From assembly GCA_022796725.1 (NCBI GenBank), contig JAAWJE010000017.1, forward strand, positions 1 to 50,015: a stretch of 50,015 bases of DNA. The letters are read 5' to 3'. The notes under the pieces are model-generated. The model was given only the letters and a program-made list of their open reading frames with translations. It was not told the DNA's origin and did no database searches. Positions 1 to 9,615 of this stretch are shown here, one piece after another (positions within the stretch are counted from its first letter, which is position 1; every line of letters starts with the position of its first letter). Position numbers and translations under genes: made by a program. The stretch is from Clostridia bacterium (GTDB lineage: Bacteria > Bacillota > Clostridia > TANB77 > CAG-508).

Positions 1-81
1 TGTATTATTCGGGTGGATATAAAAGTACAAATAAAAATATATATTATACATTAAATAAATTAAAGGATTTGGAATCATAAA

Positions 82-717
82 ATGAAAGAAAAAGAAGAAG
101 AAAGATTAAAATTATTAAAATCAGATGAACAAAAAATATATGAAACAGAAAATATAGAATATATTGCTGGAATTGATGAGGCAGGACGCGGACCTCTTGC
201 AGGGCCAGTTGTTGTAGCTGCTGTTATTATGCCAAAAGATTCTATGATAGAAGGTGTTAATGATTCAAAGAAGGTTTCTGAAAAAAAGAGAGAAAAGTTA
301 TATGAACAAATAACAAATGAAGCAATTGCTTATGGAATAGGAATTATAGACCAAAAAGAAATAGATGATATAAATATACTAAATGCTACTAAAAAGGCAG
401 TAACAACTGCAATAGCTTCTCTTAAAGTAAAACCTGATTTAATACTTGTAGATGCATTAACAAATATAAATACTCTAGGAGTACCATATAAGTCAATAAT
501 AAAAGGGGATGCAAAAGAGTATAGTATTGCAGCTGCATCAATAATCGCAAAAGTAACAAGGGATAGAATTATGAGAGAGTGGGACGAGATATATCCACAA
601 TATGGATTTGCTAAACATAAAGGATATGGAACAGCAAATCATATAAAAGTAATTAAAGAAATTGGACCATGTATATTACATAGAAAAAGTTTTATAAAAA
701 ATTTTATTCAAAAATAG
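82..717 (+). CDS. rnhB: Ribonuclease HII
   Basis: 211-aa ORF with the N-terminal IAGIDEAGRGPLAGPVV motif typical of RNase HII; SD-like AAAGGA upstream. Confidence 0.9.
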   Translation: MKEKEEERLKLLKSDEQKIYETENIEYIAGIDEAGRGPLAGPVVVAAVIMPKDSMIEGVNDSKKVSEKKREKLYEQITNEAIAYGIGIIDQKEIDDINILNATKKAVTTAIASLKVKPDLILVDALTNINTLGVPYKSIIKGDAKEYSIAAASIIAKVTRDRIMREWDEIYPQYGFAKHKGYGTANHIKVIKEIGPCILHRKSFIKNFIQK

Positions 718-729
718 GAGATTCTAAAG

Positions 730-2037
730 ATGAATATAATTAGCATACTTTCTAAAAAAAGAAAGAAAGAAAAATTATCAAAAGATGAAATTGATTATTT
801 TATAAAAGAGTATTTAAGAGAAACAATAGCAGAAGAGCAAGCATCAGCACTAATTATGGCAATGTGCATAAATGGTTTGGATAAAGAAGAAATAAAAGAC
901 TTAACTAATGCTTTGGTAGAATCTGGTGAAAAACTTGATATGTCAGATGTTTCTGGAAACTTTATTGAAAAACATTCTGTAGGAGGAGTTGGAGATAAAG
1001 TAACACTTATTCTACTTCCAATACTTTCAGCATTAGATATTCCAGCGGGTAAATTTAGTAGTAGAGGAATTGGAATAGGAGGAAGTACAGCAGATAAGCT
1101 TATGTCAATACCAGGTTGTAGAGCTGATATTACAATTGAAGAATACAAAGATAATTTAAAAAATGAAAAAATAGGAATAACTTCTAGCTTATTAGATATA
1201 GCAACTGGAGAAAAGAAAATATATGATATAAGAAGAAAAATAGATTGTATGGATAATTTAGATTTAGCAGCAGCTAGTATAATGAGTAGAAAAATTGCAT
1301 CAGGAGCTAAGAAATTACTTATAAATATACAATGTGGACATGGTTCAACAATTAAAAATTATAAAACTGGTAAGGAGTTTGCAAGAAAGTTAATAGAATC
1401 TGGAAGTTTAGATGAAAAAGAAGTAAGATGTGTAATTTCAAAAATATATGAACCTTTAGGAAGAAATATAGGAAATACATTAGAAATAATAGAAACAGTA
1501 GAAGCATTAAAAGGTAATATAGAAAAAGACGTAAAAGAAGTTGTTATGGAAGTAGGAATACAAATTATTTTAATGTCTGGAAAGGCTAAAAAAGAATCAG
1601 AAGCTAAAAAAATGATAGAAGAAGTAATAAAAAATGGTAAGGCGTTAGAGAAATTTAAAACTTTAGTAAGACTGCAAAATGGTGATATATCTTATATAGA
1701 AGATACAAAAAAGCTAGGAGAAGCAAAATACAAAATGGAAATTAAGGCTAACAAAACAGGATATATTCAAATGATAGATTCAGAAAGACTTGGAAATATT
1801 GCTGTATATTTAGGAGCAGGAAGGAAGTTATATGATGATGAAATAGATAATCAGGCAGGAATAACTTTAGTAAAGAAAATGGATGATAAAGTAAGAAGCG
1901 GAGAAACTATAGCATATATTTACACAAATGATGAATCAAAATTAAAAGGAGCTTCAAATAATTTTTTAGAAGCCTATACTATAGGAAAGAAAATGTTTAA
2001 TAAAGGTAGTGCAGTACTTGGAGTAATGACAAGATAA
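730..2037 (+). CDS. pdp: Pyrimidine-nucleoside (thymidine) phosphorylase
   Basis: 435 aa; KHSVGGVGDKVTLILLP phosphate-binding motif and length typical of the family; AGGAG SD 8 nt upstream. Confidence 0.85.
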   Translation: MNIISILSKKRKKEKLSKDEIDYFIKEYLRETIAEEQASALIMAMCINGLDKEEIKDLTNALVESGEKLDMSDVSGNFIEKHSVGGVGDKVTLILLPILSALDIPAGKFSSRGIGIGGSTADKLMSIPGCRADITIEEYKDNLKNEKIGITSSLLDIATGEKKIYDIRRKIDCMDNLDLAAASIMSRKIASGAKKLLINIQCGHGSTIKNYKTGKEFARKLIESGSLDEKEVRCVISKIYEPLGRNIGNTLEIIETVEALKGNIEKDVKEVVMEVGIQIILMSGKAKKESEAKKMIEEVIKNGKALEKFKTLVRLQNGDISYIEDTKKLGEAKYKMEIKANKTGYIQMIDSERLGNIAVYLGAGRKLYDDEIDNQAGITLVKKMDDKVRSGETIAYIYTNDESKLKGASNNFLEAYTIGKKMFNKGSAVLGVMTR

Positions 2038-2062
2038 TTTATATAAAATATGGAGGGTTAAA

Positions 2063-3826
2063 TTGAGAGAGCAAGAAGAAAATTATAAATATAAAGAACT
2101 TGAACAAAACCTTACTAGAATTATTAACAAAGGAAAAGCAGAATTAGAGGTTGAAAAGTTAAAAAAAATAGCTGAAGAAGAAAAAAGGTCTTTTGATAAT
2201 GATGAGTTTATTTATCAAATTCAAGGACAAATGAATGTACTAGAGCAAAGAGAAAGAAAAATATTAGATATGAGTAGTACTTCTACAAATGAGAAAAAAG
2301 AACCAGAGTATCCAGAGGAACTAGATGATTATACTTTGGAGACTTTATATATTTCACTATTATATGGAAGTCCAAATGCAATATCAAAATATTATTTTGA
2401 AAAAGATACATGTTTTTTTTCAAGCATTATTATAGAGAATTTATATAAAAGTGTAATTTTTAAAGAAGGAGAAAAAAGTGCACCAGCACATTTAAAAGAA
2501 CAATTTAACTTTTCTAAAGCTATTGCAGAGTTATATGAGATAAAAGAGCAGATGAAAAATGCACCTTTATATGAAAAATATGATTTTGAATTAATATATA
2601 GAGAACTTAAAAAATTATTTATACTAAAGAAAAATTATATAAAAGCTCCAACTAAACTAATGCAAGAAAAAATTTTAGAGATAAAAAGTTATGATAGATA
2701 TAAAGATATGTCATCAGAAGAAGTTGAAGCTGCAATAAAACAATTAGAGGTAACAAATAGATTAAGTCAAGCAGTACTTAATAAAGATATTGCAAAATTC
2801 TGGCTTAATGATAAAAGTGATTTAAGAGAAGGAATTACTATTCCATTCGAAATTATGAATAAAGTATTTAAAGGTCATAGAAAAGGCGAAATTATGGCTT
2901 ATGCTATGCCATCAAATGCTGGTAAAAGTAGATTTACAGTAAATTTAGCATGTAATATAGCATTTATTAATAAGAAGAAAGTTTTAGTAGTGTCTAATGA
3001 AATGACAGAAGATAAAATGAGACTTTGTTTGTTAACCACAGTTTTAAATAATCCAGAAATTCAAAAATTTCATAAGCAGAAAATAATAAAAAATGAAAGT
3101 GAACTTTTAGAATTTAAGTTTAGACCAGATGATAAAGATGGAATTTTGTTAGATGAGCAAGGATTTATAAAAAGATTAGATGGAGAAAGTCAAGAAGAAT
3201 TTATTACTAGACTTTCAAAACAATCAACAGAATTTAATAATATTATGGAAGTTACAAAATGGGTAGATAGTCAAATAAATAACTCAGTATATTTTGTTCA
3301 TCTTACAGAATATACAAATAATGATTTACATGAAGTTATATCTAATTATATGTATAAAGATGGTATAGAATATATTTTTTATGATACACTTAAAACTGAT
3401 GTTAATAATATTGGTAATTATGAAGAATTAAAAAAGACAGCAACATTACTTTCTGAACTTACACAGAAATTTAATATATTTATTGGAGCATCACTTCAAT
3501 TATTAGAAAATACAACAAATCCAGTAAATCTAACAATTAATGATTTATCTGTTAGTAAAAATGTAAAAGAAGTATTCGATACATTAACATTATTTAAACA
3601 AATTCAGAGAAAGAATTATAAAGATTACGAATATTCTGATTCAGATAGATTTATTAAATGTAAAGATATAGAAGATTCTGATGACCCAGATGTAAGATAT
3701 TATGCTTGTGTAATTGATAAAAATAGAGCAGGTGCTAAACCAAAGTTATTATTTAGACTTAACTTAGCATATAATGAATGGCATGAATTAGGATATTTAA
3801 GAATGAAAGATAAAGATGAAGAATAA
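2063..3826 (+). CDS. DnaB-family (RecA-fold) helicase-like ATPase with extended N-terminus
   Basis: 587 aa with a TTG start after a GGAGGG SD. C-terminal half has Walker A-like PSNAGKSRF, SNEM (DnaB SLEM-like), Walker B-like IFYDTLK and a KNRAG arginine-finger-like motif. The N-terminus has a ~90-aa charged coiled-coil-like extension. Confidence 0.55.
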   Translation: MREQEENYKYKELEQNLTRIINKGKAELEVEKLKKIAEEEKRSFDNDEFIYQIQGQMNVLEQRERKILDMSSTSTNEKKEPEYPEELDDYTLETLYISLLYGSPNAISKYYFEKDTCFFSSIIIENLYKSVIFKEGEKSAPAHLKEQFNFSKAIAELYEIKEQMKNAPLYEKYDFELIYRELKKLFILKKNYIKAPTKLMQEKILEIKSYDRYKDMSSEEVEAAIKQLEVTNRLSQAVLNKDIAKFWLNDKSDLREGITIPFEIMNKVFKGHRKGEIMAYAMPSNAGKSRFTVNLACNIAFINKKKVLVVSNEMTEDKMRLCLLTTVLNNPEIQKFHKQKIIKNESELLEFKFRPDDKDGILLDEQGFIKRLDGESQEEFITRLSKQSTEFNNIMEVTKWVDSQINNSVYFVHLTEYTNNDLHEVISNYMYKDGIEYIFYDTLKTDVNNIGNYEELKKTATLLSELTQKFNIFIGASLQLLENTTNPVNLTINDLSVSKNVKEVFDTLTLFKQIQRKNYKDYEYSDSDRFIKCKDIEDSDDPDVRYYACVIDKNRAGAKPKLLFRLNLAYNEWHELGYLRMKDKDEE

Positions 3827-3834
3827 ATTTAAAA

Positions 3835-3871
3835 ATAGAATCTTATAAAAAATATAGGGTTCTATTTTTTT
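3835..3871 (+). terminator. Rho-independent terminator after the DnaB-like gene
   Basis: Hairpin atagaatc/ggttctat followed by a T6 run. Confidence 0.6.
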
Positions 3872-3879
3872 ATAAAAAT

Positions 3880-3908
3880 TGAAACCAAAACCTTTTTTAA
3901 ATTGTATT
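3880..3908 (+). promoter_or_regulatory. Candidate ECF-type autoregulated promoter
   Basis: TGAAAC (3880-3885), 17 nt, then TGTATT. This resembles the B. subtilis ECF consensus TGAAAC-N16-CGTA and sits directly upstream of the ECF sigma gene. Confidence 0.3.
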
Positions 3909-3928
3909 AATAGTAGGAGGTAAAATTA

Positions 3929-4411
3929 ATGACTAGTCAAAAAGATATAATAAATATAATAGTAGAAGAATATTCAGATATGGTATATAGAATTGCACTT
4001 ATGAAAGTGAAAACGAAAGAAGAAGCGGAAGATATATATCAAGAAGTATTTTTTAAAATTAGCCAAAAGATGCCTAAATTTAAGTCTGAGGAACATAAAA
4101 AAGCATGGCTTATTAGAGTAACAATTAATATTAGTAATAATTATTTAAAGTCAGCTTGGAAAAGAAAAGTTGTAGGATTAGATGAAAATGTACAAGCTGA
4201 AGAATCAAATGATATAAGTAATGTTTATAGTGAAGTAAGCAAGTTACCAGAAGATTATAAAATAGTAATATATTTATATTATTATGAAGGATATAAAGTC
4301 TCAGAGATATCAAATATATTAGAAAAAAAGGAAAATACAGTAAAAACATGGCTTTCAAGAGCAAGAGAATTATTAAGACAAAAATTAGAAGGAGGTTTTG
4401 ATAATGAATAA
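3929..4411 (+). CDS. ECF-type RNA polymerase sigma-70 family factor
   Basis: 160 aa; region 2 (DIYQEVFFKI, KAWLIRVTIN) and region 4 HTH (YEGYKVSEISNILEKKENTVKTWLSRARELL); GGAGG SD. Confidence 0.85.
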   Translation: MTSQKDIINIIVEEYSDMVYRIALMKVKTKEEAEDIYQEVFFKISQKMPKFKSEEHKKAWLIRVTINISNNYLKSAWKRKVVGLDENVQAEESNDISNVYSEVSKLPEDYKIVIYLYYYEGYKVSEISNILEKKENTVKTWLSRARELLRQKLEGGFDNE

Positions 4412-6377
4412 AAATATAGAAGAATATAAAAATGAAATAAATAAAATAAAAGTAGATGATGATTTAAAACAGAAAACAATTGATAAAATTATAAAAAATA
4501 AACAAAAGAATAAAACAAGAAAATTTATTGTAAAAATTTGTGTAGAAATTGCAGCTGTTTTTTTAGTAGTGGTAACAACAGCATATTTTTCGATTAGTAA
4601 TAAAGAGATAATAAATGAAAGTAATAATAAAGAGATAAAAATATCAAATAGTTCAATAGAAAAAATAGATTATTCAGTAGCCGGAATAGAAAGAATAAAT
4701 AATAGAGAAGAATTAGAGGAAATTTTAAAAAATAATAGAAACAATTATTATCAAAATAAGGAACAAGGGATAATAATTAATGATTCTGTAATAAAGTCAG
4801 AAACTACTAAATCATCTGAAGAGAAGAGTTATAGTTCTAATGAGTATTCAAATACAAATGTACAAGTAGAGAATGTTGACGAAGCAGATATTGTAAAAAC
4901 AGATGGAAAATATATCTATTATTTAAAAAATGATTCAGAAGTAATAGAAATAGTTGATTTAGATGCAAGAAAGGTAATTTCAAAAATAAAACTTGCAGAT
5001 GATAGAGATGTAAGTGGTGTAGAAATGTTTTTACATGATAACAAATTAATAGTAATAGAAAATATTTTTAAAGATAGTACTACTTCAAAAAAAAGATGGT
5101 TATTATGTGAAACATCTGTAGTTATTTATAATATTTCAGACAAAGAAAATATTATAAAGGAAAGAGAAGTGTCTACTACTGGTCAATATATAGATTCAAG
5201 AATGATAGGAGATAATTTATATTTTATAACTAATGAATATATATATTATAGTGGTGATATTACTTTGCCACAATATAAAGATACTATAAAAGAAAAAGAA
5301 TATGAAGAAATTTCATGTCATGATATATATTACTTGAAAGATTCAGAAGATCCATCATATACATTAGTTACAGCTGTTAATATAGAAAATAATGAAAAGG
5401 CAAAAACAAAAACTTTTTTAGGACTAGGTACTACAATTTATTCAAGTGAAGAGAATATGTATGTTGTAAAAACTAAAGTAAATGGAAGATATAATAGAAA
5501 AGAGATTTTTTCTAATTATAATTATTCAACAGATATATTTAAGTTTAAATTAATGAATAATGATATAGAATTGGTTGCTAAAGGAGAAGTAAAAGGTATT
5601 GTAAATAATCAATTTTCAATGGACGAATATGATGGATATTTTAGAATTGCAACAACAGAAGATAAAGGAGATGGTAAAGAAACAAATAATGTATTAGTAT
5701 TAAATGATAAATTGGAACAGGTAGGAAGTATAACAGGAATAGAAAAAGGTGAAAAAATATATGCAGTAAGATTTATGAAAAATATAGGATATGTAGTTAC
5801 TTTCAAACAAGTAGATCCATTACTAGTTATTGACTTAAAAGATCCTGAAAATCCAAAAATAAAGGGGAAATTAGAAATACCAGGATATAGTAGTTATCTG
5901 CACCCTTATGATGAAAATCATATTATAGGAATTGGGAAAAATACAGAAGTTAATAAATATGGAGGAATAACTACAACAGGAATTAAAATAAGTATGTTTA
6001 ATATAAGTGATTTAAATAATCCAAAAGAAATATTTAAAACATCTATTGGAAAAGAATATGCACATTCACAAGCCCTTAATAATCATAAAGCAGTATTATG
6101 TAGTAAGGAAAAAAGAATATTAGCGATTCCTGTGTATGTAAATGATAATAAAAAAGAGTTTAGTGGTGCTATAATATATAAAGTTGACCTAGAAAATAAT
6201 AAATTTGTAGAAGTATCAAAAATAGAAAGTTTTAAGAATAATAAGTATTATAATACTTACTATGATATAGAAAGAATACTATATGTTGGAGATTATTTAT
6301 ATGCTATATCAAATAGAGGTATTAAAATATTAAATATGTCATCATTTGAAAATGCTGGAGAGATAAAATTTAATTAA
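4404..6377 (+). CDS. Membrane-anchored protein with extracytoplasmic beta-propeller domain (putative anti-sigma partner)
   Basis: The ATG at 4404 lies 8 nt after a GGAGG inside the sigma gene and overlaps its stop codon. Short cytoplasmic N-terminus and one TM segment (IAAVFLVVVTTAYF). The C-terminal region (YVVTFKQVDPLLVIDLKDPENPKIKGKLEIPGYSSYLHPYDENHIIGIG) is typical of the secreted beta-propeller family found in Firmicutes and archaea. Confidence 0.7.
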   Translation: MNKNIEEYKNEINKIKVDDDLKQKTIDKIIKNKQKNKTRKFIVKICVEIAAVFLVVVTTAYFSISNKEIINESNNKEIKISNSSIEKIDYSVAGIERINNREELEEILKNNRNNYYQNKEQGIIINDSVIKSETTKSSEEKSYSSNEYSNTNVQVENVDEADIVKTDGKYIYYLKNDSEVIEIVDLDARKVISKIKLADDRDVSGVEMFLHDNKLIVIENIFKDSTTSKKRWLLCETSVVIYNISDKENIIKEREVSTTGQYIDSRMIGDNLYFITNEYIYYSGDITLPQYKDTIKEKEYEEISCHDIYYLKDSEDPSYTLVTAVNIENNEKAKTKTFLGLGTTIYSSEENMYVVKTKVNGRYNRKEIFSNYNYSTDIFKFKLMNNDIELVAKGEVKGIVNNQFSMDEYDGYFRIATTEDKGDGKETNNVLVLNDKLEQVGSITGIEKGEKIYAVRFMKNIGYVVTFKQVDPLLVIDLKDPENPKIKGKLEIPGYSSYLHPYDENHIIGIGKNTEVNKYGGITTTGIKISMFNISDLNNPKEIFKTSIGKEYAHSQALNNHKAVLCSKEKRILAIPVYVNDNKKEFSGAIIYKVDLENNKFVEVSKIESFKNNKYYNTYYDIERILYVGDYLYAISNRGIKILNMSSFENAGEIKFN

Positions 6378-6426
6378 AATAGAAACAAGTAAATTATGAT
6401 AAGTAATTTACTTGTTTCTATTTTTT
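6378..6426. terminator. Bidirectional terminator hairpin
   Basis: 18-bp perfect stem atagaaacaagtaaatta/taatttacttgtttctat, flanked by A-run and T-run. Confidence 0.75.
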
Positions 6427-6583
6427 ATCCTATTTTAGAATTCATATTTTCAAATTCTTTGCATTTTATCTTATATTCCATTTGCTGAGTAAGAAATTTA
6501 TAATACATATATCCTTGTTCATATTGAGTCATAGGATTAAATGGGTCTTGCATATCATAAGGCCAATCATTATTTTTTTCCAT
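6425..6583 (-). CDS. Small hypothetical protein, 52 aa (below the ORF-track cutoff)
   Basis: My translation: MEKNNDWPYDMQDPFNPMTQYEQGYMYYKFLTQQMEYKIKCKEFENMNSKIG. GGAGGT SD 5 nt upstream of the ATG; the stop abuts the bidirectional terminator. Confidence 0.45.
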   Translation of the reverse strand: MEKNNDWPYDMQDPFNPMTQYEQGYMYYKFLTQQMEYKIKCKEFENMNSKIG

Positions 6584-6726
6584 AAAAACCTCCTAAAAAT
6601 TAAAATAACAAATAACAGATATTAATATATATTCAAAAAATGGTAAAAATATTATAAATAATATAAGTTGAGTATGAAATAAAAATGTGATAAAATAAAA
6701 AAGATTTTATAAAAAGGAGGAATACA

Positions 6727-8499
6727 ATGAAAAGAACTGACGTTGAAGAAAAATATAAATGGGGTGTAAACAAAATTTATTCTACAATTGATAAGTTCGA
6801 TGAAGACTTTAAATATGTAAAAGAAAAAATAAATAATATCGAGGATTTTAAAGATAAATTCTTAAATAGTGTAGATAACTTTGTAGAATTTATGGAATAT
6901 AGTGAAGTAATAGATAGAAAACTAGAAAAAATGTACACTTTTGCACATTTAATTGTGGATACAGAACCAAATAATGGAGAGATACAAAGTGCTTTTTCAA
7001 GAATATCTAGTTTATTAGAAGAATATGACAATAAAACAGTATTTGTTAGATTAGAAATATTAAAAAATTCAGATAAAGTACTTGAATTTTTGAAAAATGA
7101 AAAGGCTAAGAAATATGAAATTGCTATGAAACATATTATTAGAATGAAACCACATTTAGCAAGTGATGAAGTAGAAGAAGTAATTAGTTTAGCAAGTGGA
7201 GTACTTGGAGCATCTTATAAAACTTATTCTAATATAAGACCAACTTTTAAACCAGTTATTGTTAATGGAAAAGAAGAGTTTTTAAATGAAGAAACAGCAA
7301 GAATATTTTATAAAAATAAAGATGAAAATATAAGAAAACAAGCTTATGAAAATATAAATATAGAATATAAAAAATTAGAAAATGTTTATGCAAGTACATT
7401 AGAAGGAAATTTGAAAAAAGATGTATTTTATTCAAAAGTAAAGAAGTTTAAAAATTCATTAGATGCTACAACATTTAGTGATGAAGTAAATGAAGAATTA
7501 TTTTATATGATATTAGAAAATGCAAATAAAAAGTATCATAAATATTATATAGAATATTTAGATGCCGTAAGTAAAATCATGGGAAAAGAAAAGCTTGAAT
7601 CTTATGATTTAAGATATCCAATAGTAGAAGAGAGCAATAGCAAATTTACAGTAGAAGAGGCATGGGATTTAATATTTAAAGTTACAGAGTGTTATGGTAA
7701 GGAGTATAGAGAAATATTAGAAAAAGCAAAAAACGAGAATTGGATAGATTATATGCCACATGAAGGTAAAAGACATGGTGCATATTCTAGTGGATGTTAT
7801 GATACTGATCCATATATATTAATGAGTTTCACAGGAGATTTAGATTCTGTATTTACAATGATTCATGAACTTGGTCATTCTGTTCATTCATATTTATCAA
7901 ATCATGCACAAGATTATATAAATAGTAGTTATAGAATATTTGTTGCTGAAGTAGCATCTACTACTAATGAAATGCTTTTAATGAATTATTTGATAAAAAA
8001 TTCATCAAATGAAAATGAGAAGAAATATTTACTTTATAAGAAAATAGACGAGTTTATAGGAACTTGTTATAGACAACCATTTTTTGCAGGGTTTGAAGAT
8101 AAACTTCATAAAATGGTTGAAAATAATGAAGGATTATCAAGTAGTGTTATAACATCTTTATATGAGAAGTTAAGTGAAGAATATTATGGAGGAAAAGTTA
8201 ATCAACATGAATATTCTAAATATAGCTGCTATGCAGTTCCTCATTTTTATTATAATTATTATGTATATAAATATACAATTGGAATGTGCGTTGCAACAGT
8301 TATAGCTGAGAGAATTGGTGAAGGAGATAAACAGCAATTAGAAAATTATTATAAGTTTTTAAGAATAGGCTCAAGCAAAAGTCCAGTAGAATCATTGATA
8401 GTAGCAGGAGTGAATCCACTAGATGAAAAGGTATATGAAGAAGCATTTAATAGCTTTAAAAACGACATAGATGAATTTAAAAAACTTATGAAAATATAA
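6727..8499 (+). CDS. pepF: Oligoendopeptidase F (M3B metallopeptidase)
   Basis: 590 aa; HELGHSVH zinc motif; length and N-terminal EEKYKW region typical of PepF; AGGAGG SD. Confidence 0.9.
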   Translation: MKRTDVEEKYKWGVNKIYSTIDKFDEDFKYVKEKINNIEDFKDKFLNSVDNFVEFMEYSEVIDRKLEKMYTFAHLIVDTEPNNGEIQSAFSRISSLLEEYDNKTVFVRLEILKNSDKVLEFLKNEKAKKYEIAMKHIIRMKPHLASDEVEEVISLASGVLGASYKTYSNIRPTFKPVIVNGKEEFLNEETARIFYKNKDENIRKQAYENINIEYKKLENVYASTLEGNLKKDVFYSKVKKFKNSLDATTFSDEVNEELFYMILENANKKYHKYYIEYLDAVSKIMGKEKLESYDLRYPIVEESNSKFTVEEAWDLIFKVTECYGKEYREILEKAKNENWIDYMPHEGKRHGAYSSGCYDTDPYILMSFTGDLDSVFTMIHELGHSVHSYLSNHAQDYINSSYRIFVAEVASTTNEMLLMNYLIKNSSNENEKKYLLYKKIDEFIGTCYRQPFFAGFEDKLHKMVENNEGLSSSVITSLYEKLSEEYYGGKVNQHEYSKYSCYAVPHFYYNYYVYKYTIGMCVATVIAERIGEGDKQQLENYYKFLRIGSSKSPVESLIVAGVNPLDEKVYEEAFNSFKNDIDEFKKLMKI

Positions 8500-8600
8500 A
8501 AAAGTAAAAAAAATATATTTTTTAAAAAGAAAAGTACAAATTTAAAATAAATGTGTTATAATAGAAAAGTAATAAAAAAATATAGATAGGAATGATTAAA

Positions 8601-8819
8601 ATGAAAGCAAATACTTTATTAAAAGAAAACGTTAGTATATTAAGTTTAAATGATAGTGTTAAACAAAAATTACAAGAGAACAATATAAACAAAATAGGGG
8701 ATTTATGTTCAATGACAAAAGCTGATTTAAGAAATATAAATTTTGAACAAACAGACATAAATGCAATTGAAATTAAATTGCAATTAAATGGTCTTGATAT
8801 AAAGAAAAAGAGATATTAG
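8601..8819 (+). CDS. Stand-alone RpoA C-terminal-domain-like (helix-hairpin-helix) small protein
   Basis: 72 aa from ATG 8601. LSLNDSVKQKLQENNINKIGDLCSMTKADLRNI resembles the alpha-CTD HhH pattern. The start is ambiguous (8592 or 8601). Confidence 0.5.
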   Translation: MKANTLLKENVSILSLNDSVKQKLQENNINKIGDLCSMTKADLRNINFEQTDINAIEIKLQLNGLDIKKKRY

Positions 8820-8845
8820 AACATGTAAACTACATGTTCTTTTTA
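8818..8845 (+). terminator. Rho-independent terminator
   Basis: agaacatgta/tacatgttct 10-bp stem followed by TTTT. Confidence 0.7.
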
Positions 8846-8861
8846 TATAGAAGGTTAAATT

Positions 8862-9497
8862 ATGAAAGATATTTTTAAATTATTGTCAAATGTTAAAGAA
8901 AAAGAATTAAAAGAAGAAATTATATTTTCAAATAAAAATGAATTAGATGTATGTGATGCAAAATTTAGTAATCAAATATTAGAAAATGAAGAATATGAAA
9001 ATATTGAATTTAGAAATGCTATTTTTAATAATTGTAAAATTTCTTCTAAATTTAATAAATTTTATTTTACTAGTGTAGTATTTGATAATTGTGATTTATC
9101 AAATACTACATTTTATGAATGTAATTTTCATAATGTAATTTTCATTAATTGTAAATTAGTAGGAACAATTTTTGATAATGTAGTAATTAGTGATAGTAAG
9201 ATTGAGAGTTCTAACTTGTCTTATACAAATTTTTATAAGGTAAATATGAGGAATGTAATAATATATGAAAGTGAATTTTATGATAGTACATTTAATGAAA
9301 GTAAATTCACAAAATTAAGTCAAGATAGAAATGTTTATAAAAAAGTACAATTTATAGAAACGTTATTATCTGGAATTGATTTTTCAACGTCAAGCATAGA
9401 AGGATTAACAGTTGGAATGAAAGAAATAAAAGGAGGAATTTTTAATGAGTTTCAAGCAGTAGAACTAGCAAAATTATTAGGAATAGTCATAAAATAA
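8862..9497 (+). CDS. Pentapeptide-repeat protein
   Basis: 211 aa; consecutive A(D/N)LxX-like quintets (FNNCKISSKF, FDNCDLSNTTFYECNFHNVIFINCKL). Confidence 0.8.
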   Translation: MKDIFKLLSNVKEKELKEEIIFSNKNELDVCDAKFSNQILENEEYENIEFRNAIFNNCKISSKFNKFYFTSVVFDNCDLSNTTFYECNFHNVIFINCKLVGTIFDNVVISDSKIESSNLSYTNFYKVNMRNVIIYESEFYDSTFNESKFTKLSQDRNVYKKVQFIETLLSGIDFSTSSIEGLTVGMKEIKGGIFNEFQAVELAKLLGIVIK

Positions 9498-9615
9498 TAA
9501 TTATGTGAATATATATATAATAGTAACAAAAATATGGAAAAATAATATTGTATTATTAATATAATAGTTATATAATTAAAATATTAAGTAATATTTTATT
9601 TTTAGGAGAGTTATA

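Noticed and set aside
795-1148. Track ORFs antisense to clear genes. Examples: 795-1148, 4131-4479, 6777-7031, 9896-10105, 16236-16714, 36161-36637, 40376-40678, 41888-42178, 43693-44001, 46351-46680.
   Set aside because: Each lies wholly inside a well-supported gene on the opposite strand. They have low-complexity Leu/Phe/Ile/Ser-rich translations typical of shadow frames in AT-rich DNA, and they lack SD sequences.
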